IMG/VR virus record: IMGVR_UViG_3300025834_000002
DNA length: 43,301 bases
Source of the DNA: a virus
Direction: 5' to 3' (one strand)
The notes beneath the pieces were generated by a model that saw only the letters and a list, made by a program, of their open reading frames with translations, was not told the origin of the DNA and did not search any database. Of the stretch, positions 42,485 to 43,301 are shown piece by piece; positions within the stretch are counted from its first letter, which is position 1; every line of letters begins with the position of its first letter. The translations under genes and the position numbers were made by a program.

Positions 42485-42586
42485 TTAAACAATGAGTAGA
42501 GCTTGAACTTCTGCCCTATACTTCAGTGGTACTTGTTCAATTGTTCTTCTGCCCTCTTGAACTAATTTTACATACATATCAACCAT
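42485..42586 (-). CDS. Small tail-region protein, paralogue 1 (33 aa, below the ORF-track cutoff)
   Basis: ATG 42586, translation MVDMYVKLVQEGRRTIEQVPLKYRAEVQALLIV, TAA 42485. Same N-terminal MVDMYV and RRT..QVP.KYR core as the next gene. Confidence 0.55.
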   Translation of the reverse strand: MVDMYVKLVQEGRRTIEQVPLKYRAEVQALLIV

Positions 42587-42590
42587 ATCA

Positions 42591-42836
42591 TTACACCGTT
42601 CCTTTCAATAGCATTTCCTCATACATTGTAGCAAGAACTTCCATGAGTATTAGCTGATTATCTTTCATTTCTTTCATTTCATTGGGAACTGGTACCACTG
42701 GCTCATTTGGCTCCAAGAAACCCAGAAAATTACCTTCTGTGATGTTTGCCACCTCTATTAAAGTAAAGCCTAATGCTGTTTTATCAGCAATTATCTGCTG
42801 TGATTCATCTTCTGTCTGATATTTAACTATTTGCAT
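42591..42836 (-). CDS. Hypothetical acidic protein after the tail fiber (81 aa)
   Basis: AAGGAGGATGAC RBS. Confidence 0.55.
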   Translation of the reverse strand: MQIVKYQTEDESQQIIADKTALGFTLIEVANITEGNFLGFLEPNEPVVPVPNEMKEMKDNQLILMEVLATMYEEMLLKGTV

Positions 42837-42849
42837 GTCATCCTCCTTG

Positions 42850-43301
42850 TTAATTAACTATAAGCGGTATTGATTGTACTACACAAAATTGTAAGTCCTG
42901 TGCAGAAACAGGGTATCCACCTACGTTGGTTTTTACGTGAGGCACAATCTTGTGTCCTGCTGCAACATATATATCCTCAGCGTAAGTTATATATGACGCA
43001 CTAAGAGCTCTTTCCGTTCCTATATATTGTCCTGTAGTTTCATTGTATAAACAAGCATAGCCACTACTATTTGCGTAGCCTTTGAATTTTATCCTATATG
43101 TTCCAGAGTAATTAGGAATTATTCCTTGAGCTGAGGTTGCTTTTACATAGATAGTAGAATTAACACTAGAACCACTATTAACAGCAGCACTAGGGAGCGG
43201 AATATCCCCTGGTATATAGGTGGGAGCAATATTAGTTCCTACTAGACCAAATATATTCTTACCACTTACAATATTACCTGCTTGTAAGTCAGGTTGTGCA
43301 C
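42850..43301 (-). CDS. Tail fiber protein, C-terminal part (same gene as 1..1079; non-redundant part is 42850..43174)
   Basis: The frame continues across the 127-bp overlap and ends ...DLQFCVVQSIPLIVN with TAA at 42850..42852. The joined unique ORF is 1404 nt (467 aa). Confidence 0.75.
   Translation of the reverse strand, partial: AQPDLQAGNIVSGKNIFGLVGTNIAPTYIPGDIPLPSAAVNSGSSVNSTIYVKATSAQGIIPNYSGTYRIKFKGYANSSGYACLYNETTGQYIGTERALSASYITYAEDIYVAAGHKIVPHVKTNVGGYPVSAQDLQFCVVQSIPLIVN
43175..43301. repeat. Second copy of the 127-bp terminal duplication
   Basis: Identical to 1..127. Confidence 0.95.

Noticed and set aside
1-43301. Looked for CRISPR arrays, tRNA/tmRNA genes, integrase/att sites, transposases, reverse transcriptase/DGR repeats, homing endonucleases and inteins.
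   Set aside because: No spaced direct-repeat array exists, and no intergenic gap is long or GC-structured enough for a tRNA. None of the corresponding protein motifs appeared in any frame. A tRNAscan and profile search would be needed to be definitive.

Overview
The window is a complete, circularly closed tailed-phage genome with siphovirus-type organisation. Positions 1..127 are identical to 43175..43301 (assembler overlap), so the unique circle is 43,174 bp. The sequence is AT-rich, and every credible gene (about 60) lies on the minus strand. Ribosome-binding sites are strong GGAGG-type, and many genes are coupled by ATGA/TAATG overlaps. These traits, plus an NLQLF Prp-cleavage motif like the ribosomal protein L27 extension, point to a low-GC Firmicute (Clostridia-like) host. 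In the direction of transcription (descending coordinates) the layout is as follows. (1) An early promoter at 40744-40772. (2) A replication, recombination and nucleotide module: primase, gp32-like SSB, MazG/dUTPase-like, Tmk-like kinase, Glf-like flavoprotein, HAD nucleotidase, divergent ThyX-fold enzyme, DnaE-type polymerase, RecA, Cas4-like nuclease, SAM methyltransferase, RuvC. (3) An accessory block: CobT-like vWA protein, T4 beta-glucosyltransferase-like protein, CobS-like AAA+ ATPase, several small Zn-ribbon proteins, a K/E-rich protein, RNase H. (4) Packaging and morphogenesis: TerS, TerL, Prp protease, portal, MuF fusion, scaffold, capsid, connectors, major tail, chaperones, tape measure, Dit/Tal, and a tail fiber that spans the contig junction. 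(5) A lysis cassette (XhlA-like, LL-H-type holin, NlpC/P60 endolysin) ending at a strong terminator at 40789-40812. I saw no integrase, repressor, tRNA, CRISPR array or transposase. The best candidates for novelty are these. (a) A ThyX-based nucleotide cluster plus a glucosyltransferase-like gene and a methyltransferase, which could specify a modified pyrimidine in the DNA. (b) A MuF head protein fused to a DUF3626-like C-terminal domain, a possible ejected effector. (c) A phage-encoded Prp protease with NLQLF leaders on scaffold, capsid and major tail proteins. (d) Eight near-consensus TTTACA-N17-TATAAT promoters, four of which share a conserved AGTAAG element and a short GC hairpin abutting the RBS. 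Some of these promoters define promoter-to-terminator moron units inside the late region. All homology statements come from motif recognition by eye; no database search was run.
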